64,000 bases of DNA from Escherichia phage A73: the sequence record OP778609; one strand, 5' to 3'. The translations under genes were made by a program, and so were the position numbers. Below the pieces are notes generated by a model, which saw only the letters and a list, made by a program, of their open reading frames with translations, was not told the origin of the DNA and did not search any database. Below, piece by piece: positions 17,000-25,054 of this stretch; positions within the stretch are counted from its first letter, which is position 1, and each line of letters opens with the position of its first letter.

Positions 17000-17126
17000 G
17001 AGGCGATAAATGGTCCTGTAACAGCCTAAAACGGCGAAAGTATGCAATCACCTTACTTGACGATATTCTACGCACTGGCTTACACTGGGGCTTTTAAAAG
17101 GGCACAAAATAATTCGAAAAAAGTAG

Positions 17127-17154
17127 TTGACGGCAATTAATAATCTGGTAAAGT
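17127..17154 (+). promoter_or_regulatory. sigma70 promoter TTGACG-16-TAAAGT with leader hairpin
   Basis: CACGTAAG start; hairpin GGCGGCAATAGCGCCGCC (about 17167-17184). Confidence 0.6.
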
Positions 17155-17201
17155 GTACCACGTAAGGCGGCAATAGCGCCGCCATTAAAGAGATAAACGA
17201 A

Positions 17202-17588
17202 ATGAAACAAGAAATCATCAATGAAATTATTAGCGGTTACAAAGAAGCCTTTATTTTCGCTGAATCAGCAACAGATCAGCACGGGGAGTATATCGATAAC
17301 CTTGATCCTTATGACTTCTCCCAGGATGCAAACGACCGGATCGCCCAGGATGTGACAGCCTTTATCAATGCTAATGTTGCCGCTATCTCTGAAGCGATGA
17401 GCGACGGCGCTACAGCCAACCAGATCGGGAATGATTTACATTTTACCCGTAACGGTCACGGTGTAGGCTTTTGGGATCGCCCTGAAATATACACCACTAA
17501 CACGGCTAACCGTTTGAGCAATGCCGCTAAATTAATGCCTAACGTGTCAGCTTACATTGGGAAAGATAATCTGATTTATATTGAATAA
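17202..17588 (+). CDS. hypothetical protein (128 aa)
   Basis: ATG with AGAGA RBS. Confidence 0.6.
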   Translation: MKQEIINEIISGYKEAFIFAESATDQHGEYIDNLDPYDFSQDANDRIAQDVTAFINANVAAISEAMSDGATANQIGNDLHFTRNGHGVGFWDRPEIYTTNTANRLSNAAKLMPNVSAYIGKDNLIYIE

Positions 17589-17594
17589 AAAGTA

Positions 17595-17622
17595 TTGACA
17601 AGCTGAATCAACCTGATAAGAT
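17595..17622 (+). promoter_or_regulatory. sigma70 promoter TTGACA-16-TAAGAT with leader hairpin
   Basis: CACATAG start; hairpin GGGGCGACAAGCGCCCC (about 17633-17649). Confidence 0.55.
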
Positions 17623-17670
17623 GTATCACATAGGGGCGACAAGCGCCCCGCCTAACAGAGAGATAGAATC

Positions 17671-17949
17671 ATGACCATCGCCAAATTATCCACCGAAGAA
17701 ATCGAACAAGTGTTAACTACTAACCTGGAACAATGGAAACGTGAGGCAGATATACAATCAGCAAAATGGCTTAACGAGAAGTTAACACCGGATGATCTGA
17801 GTAAGATTATAGATCCTCAATTCTATGAAGATATTCACGACACGGCGTTATCCGTTGAGGATGTACTCGATAAGCATTACATTGCTACTGATTTGCAGGT
17901 TTACGGGCGTAAAAACTTTATTACTATTCACGACATTTACAATAACTAA
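17671..17949 (+). CDS. hypothetical protein, paralog B (92 aa)
   Basis: paralog of ORF 16721. Confidence 0.6.
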   Translation: MTIAKLSTEEIEQVLTTNLEQWKREADIQSAKWLNEKLTPDDLSKIIDPQFYEDIHDTALSVEDVLDKHYIATDLQVYGRKNFITIHDIYNN

Positions 17950-17984
17950 GGGCGGCAACGCCCTACAACTAAAAGGGTAATATT

Positions 17985-18179
17985 ATGACGTTAGCAACAT
18001 GCACCGGATCAAAAATTGCTTGCTTTGAGTTTATGGAAGACTATGAAACGACAGCTATCACCGATCAATATATCACCGTGATCACGCGTGACGGTATCGC
18101 CTGGCATGTTCCGGTTTATGATGGGGATACCTATGAAGTCACCGACAGCGGCGGCAATACAGCTATCTTTGTTGTCTAA
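17985..18179 (+). CDS. hypothetical protein (64 aa)
   Basis: ATG with AAAGGG RBS; preceded by hairpin GGGCGGCAACGCCC. Confidence 0.5.
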   Translation: MTLATCTGSKIACFEFMEDYETTAITDQYITVITRDGIAWHVPVYDGDTYEVTDSGGNTAIFVV

Positions 18180-18192
18180 GGGGGGAAACACT

Positions 18193-18420
18193 ATGCACAA
18201 TAACATCATTACCGATCGTGCCGCTACTATGCGCCCTGGCGATCGGGCACGTTTACAGATCGGCGCTTATCCGTTCCCTACCTATGACTTTTGCAAAGTA
18301 ACCGCTATCGAAAACAATCCCTTTGATCCTGATACCGTGATCATCTGGTACGAAGGAAAGGGAAATAAATTTGAAGACATTTTGGGGCGGGATGAGCATA
18401 TCAATATTATTCGTTACTAA
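18193..18420 (+). CDS. hypothetical protein (75 aa)
   Basis: internal ATG of track ORF 18088 preceded by GGGGGG. Confidence 0.5.
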   Translation: MHNNIITDRAATMRPGDRARLQIGAYPFPTYDFCKVTAIENNPFDPDTVIIWYEGKGNKFEDILGRDEHINIIRY

Positions 18421-18538
18421 TCGCCACCTAACAGCCTAAATAGTAGGAGGCAATGCAATCCCCTACTCAATGAGAATGGAGCGCCCTGGCTTATGCTGGG
18501 GCGTTCTACGTTACAGCAAAATAATTTTAAAAATACAC

Positions 18539-18567
18539 TTGACGTTCGCCAGGTGAGCGGGTATATT
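18539..18567 (+). promoter_or_regulatory. sigma70 promoter TTGACG-17-TATATT with leader hairpin
   Basis: CACGTAGG start; hairpin GCGGCAATAGTGCCGC (about 18580-18595). Confidence 0.6.
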
Positions 18568-18616
18568 TTATCACGTAGGGCGGCAATAGTGCCGCTCACT
18601 GACTGGAGCTATCATT

Positions 18617-19018
18617 ATGGCCTTTACAATCACCTCTTACACTGACGTTGCCAACATTGCTAAAACTTTCGGCCCTGAAGCCCTTAAGTATGCGGTATCC
18701 AATGGTAAACTAACGAAAGAGCAATGTTACCTGATTGGAAGCTGTAAACGTTGGGCGGCATCTCGTAACATCGAGATTGAAAACGTAAATGATGGTAACA
18801 TCGAGTATAGCGTTGATGCAGTATTCAAGGCCGTGTATTTGGGCGGTATCTACAATACCAATCTTAATGATGTTCGTATCGTTCGCACTGGTTTTGGGGC
18901 TTATGATGTTCCAGTCCGCGAAGCTATGGAAAAAGGTTATATTAATCCAGCTATTTTAAGTATGATCATGACTGAGGCCAAAGAACGTAACGAAGTACGG
19001 GCCATCCTGGGCCTGTAA
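18617..19018 (+). CDS. hypothetical protein (133 aa)
   Basis: ATG with GGAG RBS. Confidence 0.6.
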   Translation: MAFTITSYTDVANIAKTFGPEALKYAVSNGKLTKEQCYLIGSCKRWAASRNIEIENVNDGNIEYSVDAVFKAVYLGGIYNTNLNDVRIVRTGFGAYDVPVREAMEKGYINPAILSMIMTEAKERNEVRAILGL

Positions 19019-19039
19019 TGAAATATTAATCGAAAACTA

Positions 19040-19067
19040 TTGACACGGATCGTCAATATGCTAATAT
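19040..19067 (+). promoter_or_regulatory. sigma70 promoter TTGACA-16-TAATAT with leader hairpin
   Basis: CACGTAGG start; hairpin GCGGCAATATCGCCGC (about 19080-19095). Confidence 0.6.
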
Positions 19068-19122
19068 TTATCACGTAGGGCGGCAATATCGCCGCTCACC
19101 CCTTAAAAGAGCGAGATCTAAA

Positions 19123-19338
19123 ATGGCGTTAACAAAACAAGAAATCATCGACCGCATCAAAGAGTCAACTGGCGAGAATATTGGTAATGGTTTAATTGTT
19201 AAAGTTCTTGATTATTCAAATAATCCCCTGGCACCGGAACCAGTGGCTTACAAATTATCCTGGATATCCGTATTTAGTGGTAAGCGTACAAGATGCGTAT
19301 ACTATCCGAACACCGTGGGGCGTCAGTACTGTAAATAA
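19123..19338 (+). CDS. hypothetical protein (71 aa)
   Basis: ATG downstream of promoter and hairpin. Confidence 0.5.
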   Translation: MALTKQEIIDRIKESTGENIGNGLIVKVLDYSNNPLAPEPVAYKLSWISVFSGKRTRCVYYPNTVGRQYCK

Positions 19339-19398
19339 AGGGCACTTTAATATTAATAAGGGGCGGCAACGCCCCAGGTCAACCAAAGGGAAACAACA

Positions 19399-19605
19399 AT
19401 GAGTATTGCAATGATTAGCTCATCCGACATTAAAAAGGCTTTATCTGTATTGCGCTATCACCATAGAAGGAAGGTAATCAATGACGAGAGCTATCTAGAT
19501 TCATCGTTAGAAAGCGATACGTTGGAAGCCATTTCAAAATTATCTGATTTGCATAAACGCATGACCGAAAGCAACCGATCCGACTTCATAGGGGGCGAAA
19601 TATGA
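19399..19605 (+). CDS. hypothetical protein (68 aa)
   Basis: ATG with AAAGGG RBS; starts MSIAM like next ORF. Confidence 0.5.
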   Translation: MSIAMISSSDIKKALSVLRYHHRRKVINDESYLDSSLESDTLEAISKLSDLHKRMTESNRSDFIGGEI

Positions 19606-19862
19606 GTATTGCAATGTTAATCAATACCGTAGAAGAGGCGAAAGCATTAAAGTTACGTGTTGAACTGATTGATCAACCAGGTGGAGATCTCCTTGTACAA
19701 ATCTATCCCCCAAAGGATGATTCTGGCGCTTATGATTGGTGCTACTCTGACACGTTCGAACAAGTAGACATTAAAGCAATAACATCATTTATCAACAGGG
19801 CTATACTTGAGCAAACGATAGAACTTAACGGGATGTTAAAAACACCCTGGCACATTTACTGA
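19602..19862 (+). CDS. hypothetical protein (86 aa)
   Basis: ATGA overlap with upstream ORF. Confidence 0.5.
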   Translation: MSIAMLINTVEEAKALKLRVELIDQPGGDLLVQIYPPKDDSGAYDWCYSDTFEQVDIKAITSFINRAILEQTIELNGMLKTPWHIY

Positions 19863-19873
19863 GTTCGACAAAA

Positions 19874-19900
19874 GGGCTTGACTTGTTCAGCCCTTTTTTG
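19874..19900 (+). terminator. rho-independent terminator
   Basis: GGGCT..AGCCC stem followed by TTTTTT. Confidence 0.7.
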
Positions 19901-20026
19901 CTATTCTTATCAAACGGGCGGCACCTGGGAACAGGGGGAGGTAATCACTGGACGACTCCGCTATACAGTGATAGTAAATAGCTATCAATAATCTCCAAAA
20001 ATAAAATAAAACCTATCGAGTCTTTA

Positions 20027-20055
20027 CAATTCTTTCTGTTGACACAACAACCGCA
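20027..20055 (+). promoter_or_regulatory. sigma70 promoter TTGACA-17-TATTAT driving an ORF-free transcript
   Basis: no ORF longer than about 10 codons between 20062 and 20340. Confidence 0.5.
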
Positions 20056-20341
20056 TTACAGTATTATTTATCTCGTAGGGCAGCGAAGCAGTGATGTAAA
20101 GTAGTTACTCTATGATGTAAGTTCTGAGAAGTCGAATCCGATAAAGTATCAGAAAGTTTCTAAGTTTTCGAATCGTCCAGATGAAAAAGGCTGGCAAGTG
20201 TTGAGAAAGGGCACGTTGAGTAAGTCCTGAACAGGGGCGCTCCTAGACACCTTCTACTGAGATTGCGATCGAAGTGTTAAACTGTGAGAAACAAAAGAGC
20301 GCTAGGAAAGAAAGAAACAAGAAAAGAAGTTAAAAAGATTG

Positions 20342-20370
20342 TTGACACAAAAGTAAGTTGTATACTATTA
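20342..20370 (+). promoter_or_regulatory. sigma70 promoter TTGACA-17-TATTAT
   Basis: followed by CTCGTAGGGCA start and ORF 20416. Confidence 0.5.
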
Positions 20371-20415
20371 TATCTCTCGTAGGGCAAACATTCAAAACAT
20401 CAAAAAGGGTACAAA

Positions 20416-20691
20416 ATGTTACAACTTAACGCTAAATTAGACAAAGAAATCACTGAATTTTGGGATATGGTAGTAGCTACTGATGTGGACGGTGTAGCAA
20501 GTCCTTACCTCAATAACATCGAGTATCACAATGTTGCCGCTATCAATGCAGAACACAAAGAGAAAGGCGGTGCTGATAAATTTGCTAAAAGCAATGGCTT
20601 CACTGATGCTAATCACATGATGCAATCAGTATTGTGGCAAGCTCAAGAAGATTTCGAAGAAAAAACTCTTGAATTTGCCAGACGCTCATAA
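20416..20691 (+). CDS. hypothetical protein (91 aa)
   Basis: ATG with AAAGGG RBS. Confidence 0.55.
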   Translation: MLQLNAKLDKEITEFWDMVVATDVDGVASPYLNNIEYHNVAAINAEHKEKGGADKFAKSNGFTDANHMMQSVLWQAQEDFEEKTLEFARRS

Positions 20692-20746
20692 TAGAATAAT
20701 CAAACGGGCCGAAAGGCCCACTAACTGACCTAACAGGATTAACATC

Positions 20747-21016
20747 ATGAATCGCATCGACCAGCTTAAAGTAGTTCAGCATATGGCTTACCGTATCCTT
20801 GAAGTTCAGAAAGGGAGCAAAAAAGAAGTATGTGAGAAGGCTTATAAGGTATTCAGCCACAAAGCTGATGATTGGAAGTTGCAGAAAGTCAAAAAGGCCG
20901 ATATCCTGGGCTACCTTGAGGATGAGATCCGCCTTGCGGAGCAAAAACAGATTCGTCGTGATGAGGCAGAACATAACCAGGCCTGGCAGGAGTGGTTTAA
21001 AGGGTATACTAAGTAA
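20747..21016 (+). CDS. hypothetical protein (89 aa)
   Basis: ATG with AGGAT RBS; charged coiled-coil-like. Confidence 0.5.
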   Translation: MNRIDQLKVVQHMAYRILEVQKGSKKEVCEKAYKVFSHKADDWKLQKVKKADILGYLEDEIRLAEQKQIRRDEAEHNQAWQEWFKGYTK

Positions 21017-21025
21017 TATCGAAAA

Positions 21026-21055
21026 CGGGGGGTTATATGCCCCCTTTGTAAATAT
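21026..21055 (+). terminator. hairpin GGGGGG-loop-CCCCC plus T-rich run
   Basis: inverted repeat then TTTGTAAATATT. Confidence 0.45.
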
Positions 21056-21079
21056 TCCATTAATTTACAATTCCCTCTA

Positions 21080-21109
21080 TTGACAAGAAAGTCAATTTTG
21101 CAGTATAGT
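21080..21109 (+). promoter_or_regulatory. sigma70 promoter TTGACA-18-TATAGT
   Basis: hexamers upstream of ORF 21150. Confidence 0.5.
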
Positions 21110-21149
21110 TATATCTCTAGCAGCAAACAACAAAACAAAGGACAACGAC

Positions 21150-21569
21150 ATGAACATCAAATCAACTAATCCGGCTTACTCTTTCGATAACGCTTTTTGT
21201 CACGGTAGTGCCGCCAAAGGTTTTGAAATTGATGGTAAACTGGTTATCGTCAATGTTGATGGGGAAGAGGTTGCAGTTTATCCAGTGGCAGACGTTAAAA
21301 GCCGTTTACAATGCCGCATGGATGTTAACGAATACCGCCTTGATCCGGTTCGTGTCGTTGCCCTGGTACTGGAAGAAGAAATTAAAGCAATGCAGCACAG
21401 CAACAAATTTATCGGCGATGCACAGGACAACATGAAAGTAAGCCGCCACAAAGTTAATGAAGCACTGAAAGATTTTGGCTTTAAAGATCTAGTTATCAAA
21501 CGTGATGAAAAATTTCGCTTTCGTAATGATCTGGCAAATCGCTACTATGAAATCTATGAAGCACTTTAA
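21150..21569 (+). CDS. hypothetical protein (139 aa)
   Basis: ATG with AAAGGA RBS. Confidence 0.6.
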   Translation: MNIKSTNPAYSFDNAFCHGSAAKGFEIDGKLVIVNVDGEEVAVYPVADVKSRLQCRMDVNEYRLDPVRVVALVLEEEIKAMQHSNKFIGDAQDNMKVSRHKVNEALKDFGFKDLVIKRDEKFRFRNDLANRYYEIYEAL

Positions 21570-21585
21570 GAGGTAAGACAACAAG

Positions 21586-21608
21586 GGGCCGCAATAGCGG
21601 CCTTTTCT
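21586..21608 (+). terminator. rho-independent terminator (GGCCGC-AATA-GCGGCC + TTTTCT)
   Basis: same GCAATAG-loop hairpin class as leader hairpins, here with a U tract; T tract abuts next -35. Confidence 0.55.
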
Positions 21609-21609
21609 A

Positions 21610-21638
21610 TTGACACCTGCTAATCATTCCTTTAATAT
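21610..21638 (+). promoter_or_regulatory. sigma70 promoter TTGACA-17-TAATAT
   Basis: followed by CTTGTAGGGCA start. Confidence 0.55.
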
Positions 21639-21689
21639 GTACCTTGTAGGGCAAGCAATAACGCAAGCCCATAAATAGGACAAACTATC

Positions 21690-21887
21690 ATGACCATCGC
21701 TAATGAACTGATCGCTGTATTGAATGAAGCCAAATCTAATCAGATCGATGTACAGATCAAAGAATTGCCCAATGGCCTGATCGGTTGCACTTGCACCTGC
21801 TTCGGAAGTGACTACACAGAGGTAAGCTCTCTAGAATCTCTCATTCGTCACTTGAAATCAATAGTTGAAGATTGGAGAATCATCTAA
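21690..21887 (+). CDS. hypothetical protein (65 aa)
   Basis: ATG with AGGAC RBS; last gene of + block; followed by hairpin GGGGCCGCAATAGTGGCCC. Confidence 0.5.
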   Translation: MTIANELIAVLNEAKSNQIDVQIKELPNGLIGCTCTCFGSDYTEVSSLESLIRHLKSIVEDWRII

Positions 21888-22503
21888 TCAACCAGGGGCC
21901 GCAATAGTGGCCCTTGTCATATCCATCGGCGTGACTCTCCCAACTCTATTAATCCCTTCCCCATTTGGATCATCATAACTTACCTCATCTAATCATTAAT
22001 CTAATCCCCTTTGGAATCTCTCCCCCACAAATCTAAACTAATCTGATAGCTTACCATAACATAATCCACAAAGAAAGAACTATTTTGCCCACAATGAAAG
22101 GCAGTTTTAAAGAGATACCATTGCCAGAGTATGGAGGTGGCGCGACCGTAGGGAGCGACACTATAAAACGAGTATACCCCTCCTACCGCTATGCGGTCAT
22201 CGGTGATAACCGATATCGTTACACGCTATCTGTTCTCTTCGTTTCCTCGTTTTATAGTGTCTATATGTAGTAATCTTTTATTCTTTGTCAATACATTATC
22301 GAAGATAATATTGAATTATTTAATGCTTTGTTATTCATATAAAGTGAATAGCTAGTCAATAGGAAGGCCGTTAGTGTGACCACACAAAGAGGCTATGCAC
22401 CACAAAGAGAGGCCGTACTTGCCCACAAAAGGAGCAAACAAGCAAGGCGGTACGCCAGTTTGCTAATGAGCGTAGCTCTTTTGCTAGACAAAACTCTCTT
22501 CTC

Positions 22504-22661
22504 TCTTCTTTCCCAAAATAAATTTTTTCTTGCTTTTATTGCCAGAGTATGGCGGGGGGAATGTTGAAAAAATAGATCTTGACTGGTCAACATACGATAC
22601 ATCCTATCTTCTTTCCCAAAATAAATTTTTTCTTGCTTTTATTGCCAGAGTATGGCGGGGG
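22504..22661. repeat. two perfect 55-bp direct repeats spaced 103 bp apart
   Basis: TCTTCTTTCCCAAAATAAATTTTTTCTTGCTTTTATTGCCAGAGTATGGCGGGGG at 22504-22558 and 22607-22661; related partial copy TTGCCAGAGTATGGAGGTGG near 22120. Confidence 0.85.
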
Positions 22662-23022
22662 CGCTCAGGCTATTGATGGCCCTGATGGAGTCGCTCCTGT
22701 ACAGTTGGAATAGTTCACAGTTGGATAGTAACAAGTTGGTATTATTCTTCCCACAAGTTGGAGCAGGCCAGAACTGGCGGGGCTTAGAGTCGCCTCACTT
22801 GTTGGACTGGAAGGAGGGCGCTTGCGGTGCGTATAAGTTGTATTATGTTAAATGCAGATCGAAATCGGTATTCTAAACCAGATTCAGAAGTCAATAGAAA
22901 TCTTTAACTTTATTGTTGGGGCAGCACAACATTTTTCTTGACAAGTCGAATCAAAGATGTATTGTGGATTGAAAATAAATGAAGATAATGCTTGACTTCT
23001 TGGATATTTTGAAAACATCGGA

Positions 23023-23039
23023 CCCCCTCCCCCTCCCCC
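23023..23039. repeat. poly-C tract CCCCCTCCCCCTCCCCC
   Basis: 17-nt C-rich run in an otherwise AT-rich non-coding region. Confidence 0.8.
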
Positions 23040-23346
23040 ACGGTCGCCGTGCCTGGCAGCAGTGCCAACGCACTAGACAAAAAAGATGCTTTCTTGCTGA
23101 CGAAGAACAAGGTCAACAGACAACAGACAAGGCTGGTTAGACTGGTTAGCCTCTTCAGGCCAGTACCCTTTGGATATATTTGGGCAGGTACAGAAAAGGA
23201 CCCACCCCGTCATTAGTGACTCAAAATTTTGGCGGGAGGGTAAAATAACTAAAAAGTGGTCGTTTAAAATTCAGGCTGGAGGTCCACTCAGAGTAGACGT
23301 ATACTGGAAATTATAAACTACAAGACGAGTGGATGTATGGACGTGA

Positions 23347-23504
23347 CTCCGTGGCATGAATGCCACTCTGTGGACAATAGGCATTACTCTGTGGCAAGAG
23401 AGGAGCCTCTGTGGACAATCGGAGTGCCTCGATAGGCAGAATGGACTTGACTCTGTGGGCAAAGTAGTGTGTCTCAGTAGGCCAACAGTGGTTACTCTTT
23501 AGGC
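23347..23504. repeat. array of 8 degenerate CTCYGTGGRCAA repeats at about 21-bp periodicity
   Basis: copies start near 23347, 23366, 23387, 23407, 23428, 23451, 23473, 23496; core TGTGGACAA is 8/9 match to complement of DnaA box (TGTGNATAA). Confidence 0.7.
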
Positions 23505-23515
23505 AAACTACCTAA

Positions 23516-23684
23516 TTTTGGGATGAACTGATATTTGTGGGAATCATTGTACGATATTTGGGCATTATTGTAGGTGGAGTACAACAGTTTGGAAGGACGA
23601 TATAGTTTGGTGGGCACAACATTTTGGGATGAGCAGATGAGTTTGGTTGCAATCCAGATGCAAAAAGCACCCACTTTTGGGGTG
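23516..23684. repeat. array of about 9 degenerate TTTGGGR-type repeats at about 20-bp spacing
   Basis: TTTTGGGA, TTTGTGGGA, TTTGGGCA, TTGTAGGTGG, TTTGGAAGG, TTTGGTGGG, TTTTGGGAT, TTTGGTTGC, TTTTGGGGTG; contiguous with the previous array. Confidence 0.6.
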
Positions 23685-23701
23685 CTCTCTGTAGTTCAGG
23701 A

Positions 23702-24100
23702 TCATACAGCCAGTCGTCTGAGGGCATACGTTGGATTGTCAATGTCAAATAGATTGACAAGCTTAACAATTCTGTAGCTCTGGGCTTTTACTGACTTGTA
23801 TTGAGATTTATCTTTATCTTCTTGAAGGATGATAGATTCAATTCCGTTATCATAGGCGTACTCAAGGTAGCTCTGAGTAAACCCAAGGGCATCTGCATCC
23901 TTCTTGGCTATTTGGTAGATAAATTGTTGCTCTGTGCCGTCATAAATTACCTTCTTGTCTTTCGGTTCTATATAGATTCTACGTGCAGAGCCAGAACCAA
24001 TCTTCTGTTCTTGTTCTTTACGTTTTTCGGCCTCTTCTGCCAAAGATTTCCGTGTACCATTCCAACGATGCGCGATTTTATTTACCATTCCGGCCTCCAA
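23702..24100 (-). CDS. hypothetical protein (132 aa)
   Basis: first gene of minus block; charged; start codon not verified. Confidence 0.5.
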   Translation of the reverse strand: MEAGMVNKIAHRWNGTRKSLAEEAEKRKEQEQKIGSGSARRIYIEPKDKKVIYDGTEQQFIYQIAKKDADALGFTQSYLEYAYDNGIESIILQEDKDKSQYKSVKAQSYRIVKLVNLFDIDNPTYALRRLAV

Positions 24101-24324
24101 GTGATATCAACTTTAATTTCTACCTGTGCCAACACGAAAGGACGTTCATCACCACTGAAGTTATGTCGCCAATCCGTCTCCCGAATGTCCAGACAGTCTT
24201 TACTCTTAACATCGTAGAACGTAAACGTCCCCGACTTCCTGAACACTTCGTCATTAGGGCCGTCCACATGACCGAAGTAGGCCCCTCTTTTAATTTCCTG
24301 AAAGTTATAGTGTGCCATGTTCAT
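24082..24324 (-). CDS. hypothetical protein (80 aa)
   Basis: ORF in contiguous minus-strand operon. Confidence 0.5.
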   Translation of the reverse strand: MNMAHYNFQEIKRGAYFGHVDGPNDEVFRKSGTFTFYDVKSKDCLDIRETDWRHNFSGDERPFVLAQVEIKVDITWRPEW

Positions 24325-24329
24325 CCTTA

Positions 24330-24524
24330 TCAGTAGTATTCATATTCATCACCCTTGTACCATGAATCGTAACCTTCATTGTGGGTGTATAATTTAGTTG
24401 GTGTTTTCTTTGTCTGATCTTTAGAGAACAATGCCGTGCCGTCCTTAAGGAATCCAGCAGCTTCCTCTCCTTTTACGACGACACGACCTTTCTTTTTCCA
24501 CTCTTCAAATGTACGGTATACCAT
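24330..24524 (-). CDS. hypothetical protein (64 aa)
   Basis: internal ATG (MVYRTF..) of track ORF 24330-24578, chosen to abut upstream stop. Confidence 0.4.
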   Translation of the reverse strand: MVYRTFEEWKKKGRVVVKGEEAAGFLKDGTALFSKDQTKKTPTKLYTHNEGYDSWYKGDEYEYY

Positions 24525-24525
24525 A

Positions 24526-24735
24526 TCACTTCTCTCCCTTCTCCGCTTCGTCTGCTGCGGCGATAAGTGCTGCCGCAAGCTTACGTGCTGCCTCTGGTGT
24601 ATAGTACATTAATGTATTTCCTTCTTCATATTCATCGGGATTGAAGTCTACAGAGACGAGGTTACCGACCCCAGACTTCTTGATGCTAACCTCGGTTTCG
24701 TCGAAATCAACGTCTTCAATGCGTACAGTTTTCAT
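24526..24735 (-). CDS. hypothetical acidic protein (69 aa)
   Basis: ORF; Ala-rich C-terminal helix. Confidence 0.5.
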   Translation of the reverse strand: MKTVRIEDVDFDETEVSIKKSGVGNLVSVDFNPDEYEEGNTLMYYTPEAARKLAAALIAAADEAEKGEK

Positions 24736-25054
24736 AGTAATTTCCTCTTTATTGTCGATAGGGTAATTATGATTTAAACCCTGATGTTAAGTGCTCACCA
24801 AGTGCCCCACTGACCCTTCTTTGTGTCAGTGTGATTCATCGTCCTTTCTCCATAATGTCCACCATAATCATGGAGAACGCCAGTATCAGTAATGGTAGCG
24901 CGATCACTACCCCAGCAGTCATCATAGTTGCTCCAGAGCCGACAGCACGGCGACGGATGCGAGTAACACCAAGATAATGCCCCAGGTCAAGTAATGATAC
25001 CAATTAGGCCATAAAAGGTAGTCACAATTCTCCCAACGGGCGTTCGGGTTATCG

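Noticed and set aside
20120-20200. Two TCGAATC elements resembling tRNA T-loops
   Set aside because: The flanking sequence cannot form a 5-bp T-stem or a 7-bp acceptor stem; no tRNA could be folded here or anywhere else in the window by eye.
22376-22876. Track ORFs 22376-22567 (+), 22393-22602 (-) and 22652-22876 (+)
   Set aside because: They span the perfect 55-bp direct repeats, overlap on both strands, and lack ribosome-binding sites; treated as non-coding.
23347-23684. Possible CRISPR array
   Set aside because: The repeat units are only 10-12 bp, degenerate and not separated by unique spacers of 25-40 bp; no cas genes are present.
23512-23777. Track ORFs 23512-23769 (-) and 23574-23777 (+) inside the repeat array
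   Set aside because: They are translations of the degenerate tandem repeats, overlap each other on opposite strands, and have no ribosome-binding site.
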